In this document: piece by piece, positions 25,301 to 38,202 of the stretch | Numbering within the stretch: position 1 is the first letter of the stretch | Layout of the letters: the number at the start of each line of letters is the position of its first letter | Source of the DNA: Rotaria socialis | Lineage: Eukaryota | Direction of reading: 5' to 3' | Length of the DNA stretch: 64,000 nucleotides | Assembly: GCA_905331295.1 (NCBI GenBank) | Contig: CAJNYD010000061.1 | Location: 63,877 to 127,876 of the forward strand | Translations under genes and position numbers: made by a program | Notes under the pieces: model-generated | Seen by the model: only the letters and a program-made list of their open reading frames with translations | Database searches by the model: none | Told to the model about the DNA's origin: nothing

Positions 25301-27273
25301 TCTTCGCGCCAGTAAAAGGGTCAGAAAAAAATGTGAATTGACGTCTATACTGATTTTAGTCAGCATGGCTGAATTATATAGAGTGACTACGAGTACAGTG
25401 ATCGGAAAAGATAATTAGTGATAATTCAATCAAAGAAAAATACAACTGTATAAAAAATTCTTTTAATTCTCAAGAGATTCTGATCAAAAACCATGCAGAA
25501 ACGACGAAATAACATAGAAAAAACGATAAGCACTATGATATTGATCTAGAGCAATTGGGCGTGTTTGTAAGAATGAGAATGAGTTTAAGGTCGCAGTTTT
25601 GTACTCACATTGATTTAGATTTACATGAATCTCTGCGAATAAATGCCCGAAATATCACACATTATTATAGGTCTTCACTTTTGGCTGGCTGTAGTTTGAT
25701 CCAAGGGAATACTATTTATTGTATAAAATGAGTTTAACGTTGCAACAAAAATTGTTATTATATAAGGTCACAGGTACAGAAAAGAGAGAACAAAGTCATT
25801 TGCTTCCGTTTAGCAACAACAAATGATTATCCATCTGAATATTTCATTGGAGTTATAAAACCACATTATCTATTATATCAAGACCGCTTTTCCGACAGTT
25901 TCGATTTGAGTCCCGTTTTCATTCAATCTTTTCTTCTCAATAGTTTTCCTTTCAATCAAACTGTGGCACACCACATTTTTCGCTTCGAAAATCTCCGGAT
26001 TTTGTTGTGTAATTTAGCAATGTCACATTGATCTGCTGAGGGGATAAACAAAAACAGTAAGCGAATCACTAAGAAGTGAACAGTTTATATTGCCATAGAA
26101 TAATTTATTGAAGATGGCGACCAATCATTAAAATTCGTTGAGAAAAAAAAACATAGAAATGAAGCGAACGGTGGAACTTGTTTTGCATAAGAGTTTGACT
26201 GTTGCATTAATATATAACTCATATGTTAACTTCTAACAAAATTTCTTTCAATCATTTCGATTCCGTCAGAGTTGAATTCTCAGTTATTTTACTTTGAGTT
26301 TATGATGAGCCGCCGATCACTAGGAGAAGCAAGCGAAAAGACCAATCACATAATTAGTTTCAGAATGATACTTTAAAACTGCAAAACAAACTTATCAATA
26401 TTCACAGCTAAATTGTTTTGAGTATTTCTCTGTGCAATTGATATTTTTCAAAGCATATCAACGTTGAATATAAATTAGGCGATGACATATTCTATTTGAT
26501 AGAGTAGAGCACGAGTTTACACAATGAATACTAAAAGGGCCATTAGGTCGCATGCAAATCTGAACGCTTCGTACAAAATATGATAGTCATGAATAACCAT
26601 GTATACGTAAAATAAAAGGTTGAGTTAATAATTAATAAAGACGGTGTCAGTATACTTAGAGTATTGAATAAGATATTCTTCGAACTACGATGAACTTTGC
26701 AAGTCGGATGATGAATCAATTCATGCATTACTTCGAAGCTTATAAAATATTAATAATAATTACAAATAAAAATAGAGTTACTATTGAATTCAATCGTTCG
26801 AAAAATTCCATAACTAAATGCAATTGAAAAACATGAACTTTCAAAAATCATATCAGCCTACTTTTCTCATTCGTAATATCATCATTGCGAAGATTAAACA
26901 TCTTGAGATTCCTATGTAGATAAATTACTTATGTTCCAGAAAAAATCTCGAAAATGAAACGTAGAAAAAAAGCTTTCATCTTTGTAAAGATGAGATTTAT
27001 TTCTATTCATTTTCATGTAAATAGTTAAGAAAATTAACTTCCTTCTTTTAGACTTTGCTTAATTTAACTGTTAATGAAGATGTTTTTGAAAAAATCTATT
27101 CTCTAAGAATATTTACAAGCTAACATTGATTGGATATTTACGTTTCATTCATAGGAAAAAAAGATTCGTGTCTACTTACATCAACACAATAATAATCAAT
27201 CCATCAACGCCTACATTTTATATCGAACAAACTAAACACCAGCGTAAAAGAACCGCGTTAATGAAAGATTACA

Positions 27274-27299
27274 TATATATATATATATATATATATATA
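27274..27299. repeat. (TA)n microsatellite
   Basis: Uninterrupted AT dinucleotide run. Confidence 0.9.
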
Positions 27300-28654
27300 G
27301 ATTTAGATATATTTAGCTTCTATTATTCTTAATATATGCATGTTCAAGAAAGAAGATTCAAACCAATGTTTTTCTTTGCGGGGAAGAATATACGAGATTT
27401 CCTAGAAATTCATTAAAGAAAAAGAAATTATCTAGAAGATGGCTCATGACTTCGACTACATGAACTTAAAGCATGACGCTACTAGAAAATAGGACAGATG
27501 ATAGAGTAAAATCATCTTGAATAACCCTCCTACAGGTGTATTTTCATTAAATATATGATTTCATATTAAATCATACTGAAAGAAAATAAATATATTATCG
27601 AGTAAATCCTTTTTTTGTTACATGATCGTTGCTCATTTGCAGCTGACATAAGTAAAACAAAGATGGCTGCTAACATCAACTCCACAAATCATGACATCGA
27701 ATAGATTGTTAATAATATGCACCAAATGAATATAAAAAATTAATTAAAACGAGCTATTCCTGACAAGCAGTGTAATGATATGACCAGACTATTCTTACTT
27801 CAAGTACAAAAGGTAGCATGAATTTGAAGCTTGCTTTACAAATTATGACATAGATTTGATAAAAAAAAAGGAATATTTTAATTATTAGACGGCGGGGAGT
27901 GCGAAAATAGGCAAAATTTCATCAGTTTTAGCGAGGTAGGAGTTAAAATTATGTTCTTCAATTATTCACATGGTAACAAGTCACTTTTTATTTCACACAT
28001 TGATTCGTCTATTTATCAATATGTTAAACAGAAAACAAAGTCAAAATTCATGAACAAATATAATCCATAAAGTATAAATCATTTAGAATATCCTTGAAAT
28101 TGTGTGCTTTGATTTTAATTAAAGCATTGAAATATAAAATCTAGTTCAGGATCTTTGCTTCTCACGGATAAACGACTGCCTGAACATCGTTTCTTTGCTA
28201 TTTTCTACTCATGACAAGTTGAAAGGCCTAAAAATAGTATATTTTTAATTAAAATATGCTCGAAGCAATCATTAGTAAAGAGAACGTGATTAATTATTTG
28301 AGAAATTTAAGTATCTAACCAAGTAGTCTAAATATAATTTCTCGGAGTTTCATCAAAAAGCAAATACCTTCATTAACACGAGTTATCTTAAGAGGAAAAA
28401 TGTTTTCCTCGGTCAATAAATTAATTCCAGCCTGTTCGATTTATGATTTCACAAATAGATGAAAATTATATTTGGCATTTCCTCGAAACGCCATCTATCA
28501 AGAAAATAATTTTATTGGTGTCCTGTATTAACCAAAACAACGTTCTTGTTACATCTAGCCAAAGTGTTTAGATCACGTGAAATCAACCAAGAAAGGTTTT
28601 ATTTGTTCATTCAGAGAAAACAAATCTTACGTAAATCGAATAATTGAATTTCTA

Positions 28655-31600
28655 ATGTCTGATGCACCGAAATCAACAAGAAAACATAAACGACGTGATC
28701 GTTCAAAAACAAATAGTGGCGTGCTACCAGTACGAATTCCAAATTGTAATAAACGTCCTTTAGACGAAATTCATAGTTGTAATTCTTCGAGAGTCAAACG
28801 ACGGGCTCTATCGGCAACAACGGCCGGAAGTGAAAATCAAGTTTGTTCGATTGTTTTTTTTAATGATCGGGAAGGTAATACTTGAAATTAAAAACAAAAT
28901 TCAGCATGTGACACATTTGTTTTCATTTTAGATTTTAAACAAATAACAACAAACGATTATTTTTGTGACAAACCGAAGCCGGCAACAAAATTTGAAACTA
29001 GTTTACCGAATGAAATTCTTTTTGAAATATTTAAATATTTATCTCAATCAGATGTTTTCTATGCTTTTCTAAATCTTAATCAACGGTTCAATCAACTTCT
29101 TCAACCATTCACACATCATATTGACTGTTCGAAATTATCAATTAAACAATTTGAACACATTCGAAATCATCTTGGCAATGCTAAATCGTTGACATTAAAT
29201 AATCAGGTAATTATTCTTATTTTTCTAAAAGAAAAAGATTGAACTTGGCAAGTCTTCAATAATAACGATAATTAATAGATGCAGAATTCAGACATAGTAA
29301 TATCTGTTGGAGACTGACAGTAACAATAATCACCAGGGCCGTACCACCCGACTTCCGCGCCCTACAGTAATCGTTGTTTTCCGAAAATTTGTATGTTAAC
29401 AACGATAAAGTTAAAAAAATCTGCGATTAAGTTTGTTTTTAGCAGAAATATGACAATGTTTTGAACAGTAAATTTTTGAAAATCTAAATTTTAGTATGCA
29501 ATCAAACAAGTGTTTCGCATCGATTTAAATGTGTTTCGTTTTCCATTATTGGAACATATCTCTTTAATTGATCCGACAATCGATGAAATCAATCTTGTTT
29601 TTTCAAAACTTAAACATATGTCTATTCGAACATTACATATACGTATTCAACGGCCATCGTCATCAACAAGTGAAACAACCTATAAAAGTTGTTTACAACA
29701 TCATCTCTTTGGTTCAACACAAATCAAAACACTAGAATCAATTTCAGTCGAAATGCATAATAATGATTATTTGCAATTTGTTGATAAAACTGATATACCT
29801 ACAAATTATGATCATTTAAAACAGTTAACAATTCCATTGCGATCATTTGATAGTCTATTACTTCTTCTAGAACATGTACCAAATTTAAAAAAATTAAGTG
29901 TAAAATTATTTGCTGACCAAGCCCCATTGAATGTACCGTTATGTGGTAAACCGCCGATAGATTTAGTTGATTTTGAATTAGATGTCACAGGCAGTGAATT
30001 AACGTTTGATCGGTTTGTTCTATTAATGACAAGTCGAATACGAGCAGCGAAATTAGAACGACTTGCTTATTTCAATCGTACAACATTGGATCAAAATTAT
30101 TTCAAGTAAGTCATATTTCGATGGTGCGGAAGTTTCAGTTACATAGAGACGTGTGTCTAAAATTCATTAGTATGCATTTGAGGAAATCTACGGACATTTC
30201 TATTGAACAATCCGATTGTTAGCGATTTAGCTTCGGGGGGTCAGTTCTTGTCATGCATTTAATGATAGAAATTACTATATGACTTTTCTTCTATTTTGAT
30301 CGAATAGTAGATTTTTGTTTATCTTAACGGTCGATTCTGTTTCTTTGTTGTTAGGTAGGCCGATGATCTGATGGAATTAGTAAAGAGTTGAGAAAAGCAT
30401 CAATATTTTTAGGTCGTCATTATGTCAAGAGCCAGGGGGTGTTTCTAAATAAAAATAAGCTGCCACCACTGACACGTGTGCGTATTGTGTGTTAGTAATT
30501 AGTAGGGCAGTGCAAAGTTAATATTAAACGCTGGTCTTTTCCGCCAATTTAAAAAGTCTATTTGTCAAGAATGACTTCTTAAAACGAAGGTTGAAAAGTT
30601 CTATAAAACTTCTGTGTCGTATTTAGTAAAATGTATAGCATGACATGAACATGAACTATTGATATTCAAATTTGCCAAGGAAATGCATCTTCTATTCTTT
30701 ATTAAACACTAAAATTCTAATTATTTTCCTAGTAAACATTCGATCATAAGTTCAACGAAACCTTCGCGTTATTAATAAAATCTAATTTTCTTCATTATTT
30801 TCCTGACGACTCACTCAGGTCATAGGATTTACTTTTCAGTACTCTCGTTGAATGATTGATCGCTAGGGAAAAAACAAAATTCTCTATATTTTAGTGGACA
30901 CCGTTGGGAAATCTTTCTTGAAAATTCATTTCCACGTTTAAAGCAGCTTCAACTCTGTTTTGATATGCCACTGGATGATATTCAATTACGTCTAAATCCA
31001 ATAATTTCTTCATTTTCATCGTTTCAATTGCATTGGCCCATAGGACATATGATTTGGCGTCCGCATTCAAATAAAACACGTTTTAAATTATTTACATTAC
31101 CCTATGCATTTGATACCTTAAAATTATCAACGTCGAATTCACGTTTATTCAATAATGTCATCTATGAAAAAAGTTTCAGTTCGGTCAGAAAAATCGTTCT
31201 TGATGCAACACAAGGTACCATCAGTGATATTAGTCAACAATTAATTCATTTATTTAAACAATACTGTTCGAAAACGCATACATTACAAATACAAAATATT
31301 GTTTTACCAGTAAATGATGCATTAAATACTTGTTCGAAATCATTGAATGTATCATTCCGTCAAATGAAACATCTCATTGTAAATGAATGCGATGGTCGAT
31401 TGTTTCCATTAATATTTTCGTTTGCACCATGCTTAACAACATTAACAGCTACAGGTCCGTTACTATTAAAATATTTTCTTAAGATTCCTTCGCCTAATGC
31501 AGTTTACTTAACTAATATAAAAACGCTCGAATTAAATTGTATGCAAATCGATCGACAAAATCGTTTAAACCGTTTATTAAACAATCTACCGACATTATTT

Positions 31601-31855
31601 CCGTATCTAGAACATTTGACTATTGATATTAATCCAAAACTGTATGCTGATATTAAAATTATTAAAACAATTTTAGATGTTTTCATTGATTTAATTAGCT
31701 TAAAAATTCAACGAACAAATAAATATATTTTAGATAAGTACACACAAAATGATCGACAAGTACGAAATTATTTCGAAATTCATTCGCTACGTCTAAATCA
31801 TTGTGACACATATGAAATTATTTGTAAAGATAGTCAATTCGAAATATGGTTATAG
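28655..31855 (+). CDS. F-box / LRR-like protein, 688 aa, 4 exons
   Basis: Exons 28655-28874, 28932-29206, 29495-30105, 30895-31855 are phase-compatible (2067 nt). F-box FETSLPNEILFEIFKYLSQSDVFYAFLNLNQRFNQLL; LRR-like LEHVPNLKKLSVKL and LFPYLEHLTIDI; NGHRWEIFL and LFTLPY motifs; basic NLS-like N-terminus. Confidence 0.85.
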
Positions 31856-32038
31856 ACACAGATCTGTTTGCCTTTTGTTTTTACTATTATTATCGTTCAG
31901 ATTCTTCCTTGTTTTTAACCTTGTAATTATCTTCCATAGGCTGTGTACAGTTTTTTCTTGTGTAAATGTTGATGAGACGAAAAGAAAATTACATTTTTAC
32001 AGAATAAAAAACAAAGCGCACAGTAAAAAGCAATTCAC

Positions 32039-33661
32039 TTAAACTATATCCATTGTACAACGAGATGAATTGGAAAGTTTATCGATAACTTCCTGAATTG
32101 ATGGTCGTCGGTCAGAATCGATTTGCAGCATGGCAAGCATTGTATCAATGACATCCGATGGATAAGTTGATGATTGTACTGGTAATTCAATACGACCACT
32201 GGCTATTGCTAAAGCCACGCTATAAGAAAAAAAAAGTATAGAAAAATTTTAAAAAAGGTTTTGTATTTCATTTATCATCTGGCTTCGAATTACAAATTTA
32301 GGAATTGAAGGGCAAATTTCGCCTCCAATACGTATGCTACCCTTTNACACAGCCTATGGAAGATAATTACAAGGTTAAAAACAAGGAAGAATCTGAACGA
32401 TAATAATAGTAAAAACAAAAGGCAAACAGATCTGCTTACGCTCTCGAGAAGCTATAGTCAAATTTTGTGAAATTTTATCCACTTTTTTTACAATTGTTAT
32501 CGACAAAATTTTGTATGGATAAGATAAATCATACGACAAATTTGACTGTCATTTATACCTATCTCCTCTTGAATAAACATCATCGAATGGACCTTTACCA
32601 AAGCAACATGCATATAGAATTGCACCAAGAGAAAAAATATCAGTTTTTTCAGTAATTGAAGAATTTGTTTCTATATGAAATAGCTCCGGTGCACGATCTA
32701 TGGAAAGAGAAAAATGAAACGTAAATATTTAAACATAGGATTTATTACATTGTACACAACAATTTTCTTCAGCCCAATCCTATGAATAAAAATGACTACT
32801 AATAAAACAATCAATTTAAATATATACGTTTTTTTACCTGCCATTGTTGTGCTTGTGATCTTGTCGTCATCGAAAACGATGCTGGTATCATTGAGCCAAA
32901 ATCAAGTATCACACCATGGATATTATTAACTAGCATAATATTACTTGGTTTCAAATCCCTTTACAAAAGAATAACTTTTCTTAGTATTAAATAGACAAAA
33001 ATTAACTACCTATGAGCCATTCTCTTTTCGTGAATTTCTTGAACGCCTTGGCATACACTCAAAAATAAATCAAGTAGAACACGCGTCGTAAATTTCGTTT
33101 GAGCATTCAAAGCATCTTGAAGCGAACCATTCTATAAATGAAAGTCAAGATTTTTCGGTGATTTTGTAAATAATAATTTGCCTTGAAATATGGAAAAACA
33201 AGCCAAACAATACATGTTACATGTGCATCCGGCTTATATTGTATCACTTCGTGATAGAGTAATGAAACTAAGAACAAGGAAATAGGATGGTATATGAAGA
33301 AAAGCAATAGTCCTGAATCAAACCTAAATTCTCATGTGAAAATCTTTGATAATTTTCTATTTCGTCTCGAGCACGTTTTTCTTCTTCTTTCGTATGACAA
33401 GACATTTTCTTAATAGCATATCGATGGCTATCAGCTGTATTACGAGCTTCAAACACGTAACTAAAACTCCTAAAACATTAAATTCAATAATTAAACTCTC
33501 ATCTTCTTCAGCAAGAAAAACAAATAGATCCCGATTTTTGAAAAAAAAAGCCAACACAATAAGCGTTAAGAGAAAGCAATGTACCCTTCGCCAATTTGCC
33601 GTATGAGATGGAACTTTTGTCCTTGTATAACCACACTTTGTCGGCCGCAAACACAACCCAT
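32039..33661 (-). CDS. STK16: Ser/Thr kinase STK16/MPSK1 (NAK family), multi-exon
   Basis: MGCVCGRQ (myristoyl Gly plus Cys), IGEG|SFSYV, YAIKKMSCH, HRDLKPSN, DFGSM, DWAEENC, YRAPELF, TDIFSLG, GD|SVALA; stop at 32041-32039. One GC-AG intron (33181-33132). Confidence 0.93.
32347..32434 (-). repeat. 88-bp inverted copy of 31859-31946, immediately after an N (32346)
   Basis: Reads as the exact reverse complement of cagatctgtttgcc...ccataggctgtgt. Confidence 0.9.
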
Positions 33662-34197
33662 CTATAGAACCTCAAATTAAAAAGAGAAAGAAAAGAACAA
33701 CAGATCTATATTCTATTTCACAAAACATGACACGAAATGTTTTTCTTTATTGTTTGTTTCTCGGATGGCAAGCAATCAAATAACACAGACTCAAGAAAAA
33801 CATATACTGAATTTCTTGGTATTAATAATAGTAGCACAAAACAATCATACACATATAGATATACAATGAAAACAAACTTGGAAATGCTGTGTTAAAAGAA
33901 CAGAAGAAAGGAAACAAAATTCACACAACAAAGATTCATTCTCCACCACTTTATGGACTTGGAATGCACATACATACATACAGAAAGTTACATGAAGATT
34001 CTCTCGCTTATTGGTTTTTTAATGACTAGTAAAACATTTACTATATATATATATATATACACACTCGCTCTCTCGCTCACACACAAACACATATATAGAG
34101 CAGAAATGATCTGCTAGATAAAAGTAGAAATTGATGTATGTACGGAAAAGTAGTTATTATAAAGATGTAAAGAATAAAATTGATTGCCACAGTAAAA

Positions 34198-37100
34198 TCA
34201 ATTGATTTGTTCGTCAAGATCATCGTCATCGTTTGATTCATTCTCATCGTCGATAGTGTCTAAATGGTCATTATTGGTACTACTGTTCGATGTAGGAAGG
34301 TAAGTAGCAAGTTCCTTCGACGATTTATCACCATCTTCATCATGATTTTCACCTAAATAAGTCACAAAATGTTTTGTCATTTTGTTTAAGTATAATTTTC
34401 TTTTAATTAGGCTGATATTTTGGGTTTGCGAATGCCAAGATAAAACCTTAGCTGCCTAGATTCCGCATGCTCTAATATGTTGCTGGTGGGAATACGACAA
34501 AGGCGTACTTATGGTTCTGATAGGTCCCAATAAGCAAAAAGCTCTACTAACTCACCATGAAAGGAATTATTATGATCGTTATCATTCATAGATAATGATG
34601 ATGAAGATTCATTTTTTGTTTTCATTGAAGATGATACTTTGATATTGCGCTCTTTGACTTTATATTCCAACTAGAATTTTGAAGGCGAAATGTATTTCAT
34701 ATGCGTTAGTTTATTTAACTTACTGTTGAATGCGGTACACCAAAAAAAGAACCGGCTTTATGTACGGACATTTCATTACTTAAAACAGCCGCTACTGCCT
34801 TAGCCAGTTGTTCAGATTCATAACGACGATATTGACCACGTTTTGGACGGATTTGTTTACCATCGACACCAATCGAAATCTTATTATTATTGTTGATTGC
34901 CTCAATGGATCGACCTTTAGGTATATGATTTGTTGTTGAATTTAATTTAATTTTATGTCTATTTTTAATATGAATAGATGATGAACGCGTTGATGATACG
35001 CTTGATGATGATGACGAACTTGAGGATGAAGGATTTACTTTATTATTTTGCTAAAATGATAACAGAATTCATTTGAAATGCGTACTATGATAGAAAGCTA
35101 TAAATATTACTCGAAGAAAAAAATTCATCTTAATTATTATAGGATTACAATATGAAATATCATATAGTTCGCGTAATTTTTGTTAGTTTCAAATGTACCT
35201 AACTTTGATTAATATTCAATCGTATGGATTTATTTTCTGAGAATAGAACAGTGTATCTGATAGTTAGCTGAAGCTAAATTCTTACTCTTTAGGACAATCG
35301 TAAGACGAATTCTTACTATTCTACAAAATCATAACAAATGGTTATCTTGATTTTCATGACTTGCTGTGTTAACATGATGTAAAAATATTTTTGACAGCAC
35401 AAGCATTATGAATAAACTGTTCCAAAATCTGAGTGTCTATACAAACTGTTTTTTTTTGTGATAATCATCATATTCGATGTATCAGTTTTCATCTCTTTCG
35501 AAGACTCTGCAAATAAGACTATCAGTTAAATATATAACACTGACAGTTGCATTCACAATACGAACTTTCTCACAGGGCCAATTTTGTTGAACAGAATCTT
35601 TCTATGAATTGCTTCTGGCTATTGTGCTAACAGGTTAATTGTTTTCTAAAAAAAGATGCTCACCTTTGGCTGTTTAGTTGTATTGAAATGATTAAAAATG
35701 TTTGTATTATATTGTTCATCATTATTAACATTTTGTTTTTTAACAAATAATAATTCTCCTTTGCATGATGCTCTTGGCTGTGATACGGGTGATGTTGTTT
35801 GCTGTTCTTTTTCATACATTTCATGTAATATACGCATCATAACATCGTTCAGTATGTGATTGACATGAATCGATTCTGTGAGAATCGACGATGAAGGACT
35901 ATTTGAAAGTTTGGATTTTTTATTAGTTGATGGATGACGTTGATAATCGATTTCTTGTAACATTCGTTCGTATGCCATTTGCTTGGCTAACTGAGCAATG
36001 CGCGTATCTTGCAAAGAAGACGATGCTTTTTTATTTGTTTGAGAATAATGCATAGGAGTAGTTGGTGATGTCGGAAAGAGATTCATATTTAAATAGGGTT
36101 GAGATGAAAAATCTACAATATAGAAAATGAATTGGTAAGAAAAAAAATTGAAAATTTTCTTCTTACCAAGTTGACTAGCAATCATGTCAGACATAAAACG
36201 ATCAAATTCTTCCTGACCATAGATTGTTGGTATATCTGACTTAATGTCAAACAATGGACGATGTCTAGAATAAAAATAGATCTATTTCATTGATGTCTTA
36301 ATCGGAATTATCAGGCGAGCGACAGTAAATCAAATCTACTGGCTGACTTTTGGGAACCTCAAAAAAGATCCTAGTAGAATTTGTATTTATATCATTGCAA
36401 AGAAAATGAAACTTATTTATTTTTGTCCTTTTACCACTATATAATGATACGAATTTTCGCTCAAATGGATTTTCAATGACTTTCATGTTCAATTTGAAGA
36501 CAAAAAATTTTCTCATTATGCTAGTATTCAAGTGCCTGAAATTTCCTATTTTTTTGAAAATACTCGACTTGTTTTGAAATTGGATTAATCCTAACGAGAA
36601 GTAAAAGATCAGAGCTTAATGCATGACTTCAGAAAAATTATCTGAGAAGGATTACGTGTTTGAATTGTAATAATTACTCAAAACAGCATAACCTAACAAA
36701 ATTGACATATAGATATTTTGGAATTGTTCTTGTCTCAATTGAAAAAATGATTCAGCTCGTAGTGAGATTTTCTCATTATTATGGACGAGTTTTCTTGCCT
36801 CTGAATTAGATCGATACGAAATAGGAATATTAATTTCCATACAAAAGAATTATTCGAATACTAACTTGACATTTGTTCGAGTATTTGATGATATTAACGG
36901 TGAATTATTTGTCGTTGTTTTTAAACTTAAATCTAATGGTGCATTTTCATCGTCATCAATAGCTGTTTCAGATAATGAATGATGATATTCGTTAATTTGA
37001 TTTTTCGACTTTTTCTTGCCTAAATATTCATGTCTATTGACACAAAATAAACATTCTTGTTCAGGATTAAAATCAATTGGTATTCGTTCGTCTAATAGAA

Positions 37101-37351
37101 AAAGAAGTAAAAAAAAACACTTTTTTCAAATTTTATTCAAACCAGTTGCTTGATTGAATATATTAACGTCAAAGCCGAAATGATTTTTTGTTATTGTTTC
37201 TAAACCTTTAAATAAAACAAAGACAATATTGCAAATAAGTCATTATTTATTTTTTACCAATTTGAAATAATAAATTTTTTGTCCATTTATTAAATTCTCG
37301 TCGAACTATTTTTCGATCTTGTTGGCAACGAGCTGAAAAACATTCCGTCAT
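34198..37351 (-). CDS. LCOR: LCOR/LCORL/E93(Mblk-1)-family transcription factor with psq HTH
   Basis: N-terminus CQQDRKIVRREFNKWTKNLLFQIG|LETI...FNPEQECLFC; CtBP-binding PLDLS (36939-36925); RPKRGQYRRYESEQLAKAVAAVLSNEMSVHKAGSFFGVPHST|LEYKVKER psq domain; ends DEQIN* at 34198. Confidence 0.85.
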
Positions 37352-38202
37352 CTAGAAATTAACATAAATAAATAGAAACGCGCTTTTTCAAAAGATAAAA
37401 TATGATGAATTTCATGATAGACTATACTAATTAGGTATTCAGTCATGCAGTTAACAGAAGACGAAGAAAAAAAGAAATAGACAGAATGACGACATCAGGC
37501 AGAAACAGGAAGAATTTTACGGAGTTGATTCAAGAGATACGTAAAACATAATTTTTCTGCCAATCATTTACAAGCCACCATTCATATTGTAAACGAACAC
37601 CTTGAATATTTTGAATTATATTACACATCGAACAGATGGCGCAAGATGGTTGCCAAAATTTGGGTTTTTTTATTGTAAAGCGGGCTAAGTTTCAAGAAAT
37701 AGAATGTTTCTTTTCGCTAAATTTTATTTAACCCCTAAAATGTCCCGCAAAATGAATATTTTTTTCAATCGGAATATAAAGTTCGTCTACGTCTAAATCT
37801 TGGACTATTGCCAAATCTTTATGTATGATATAAAAATTCTTATCATCAAAAATAATTTTTCAATTTTACACGTTCTCAAGTGTTTCATTATATTTTATAT
37901 GTCAAGCAAAATAATTATTAGTGAATACAATAGAACTTGTGACACTAGCCTATACGTTACATTTTGAAGTGAAAAAGTTCTTTGACATAACTTCTTGTTT
38001 GCTTTTTCGAGAACAAATGTTCAAGCCTATTAAAGTTACAATCGCAAGAAAAAATTCGTATATTTTAGTGATCAAATCAGAATGTAGATAAGTGTCGTGT
38101 ATATAATGGAAAGGCTAAATAGTTTTTTATTTATTGTCCTTTTTTTGAAAAGAAAAAAAATAGAAATTAAATTGTTGAATATCACGTGCATACAGTTTAA
38201 TG

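Noticed and set aside
22340..28600. Short ORFs in the long intergenic region
   Set aside because: 60-70 aa, AT-biased, no motifs or consistent exon chains; no tRNA or rRNA recognised.
29333..29365. cagggccgtacc... possible hAT terminus in an F-box intron
   Set aside because: No matching second end or TSD found.
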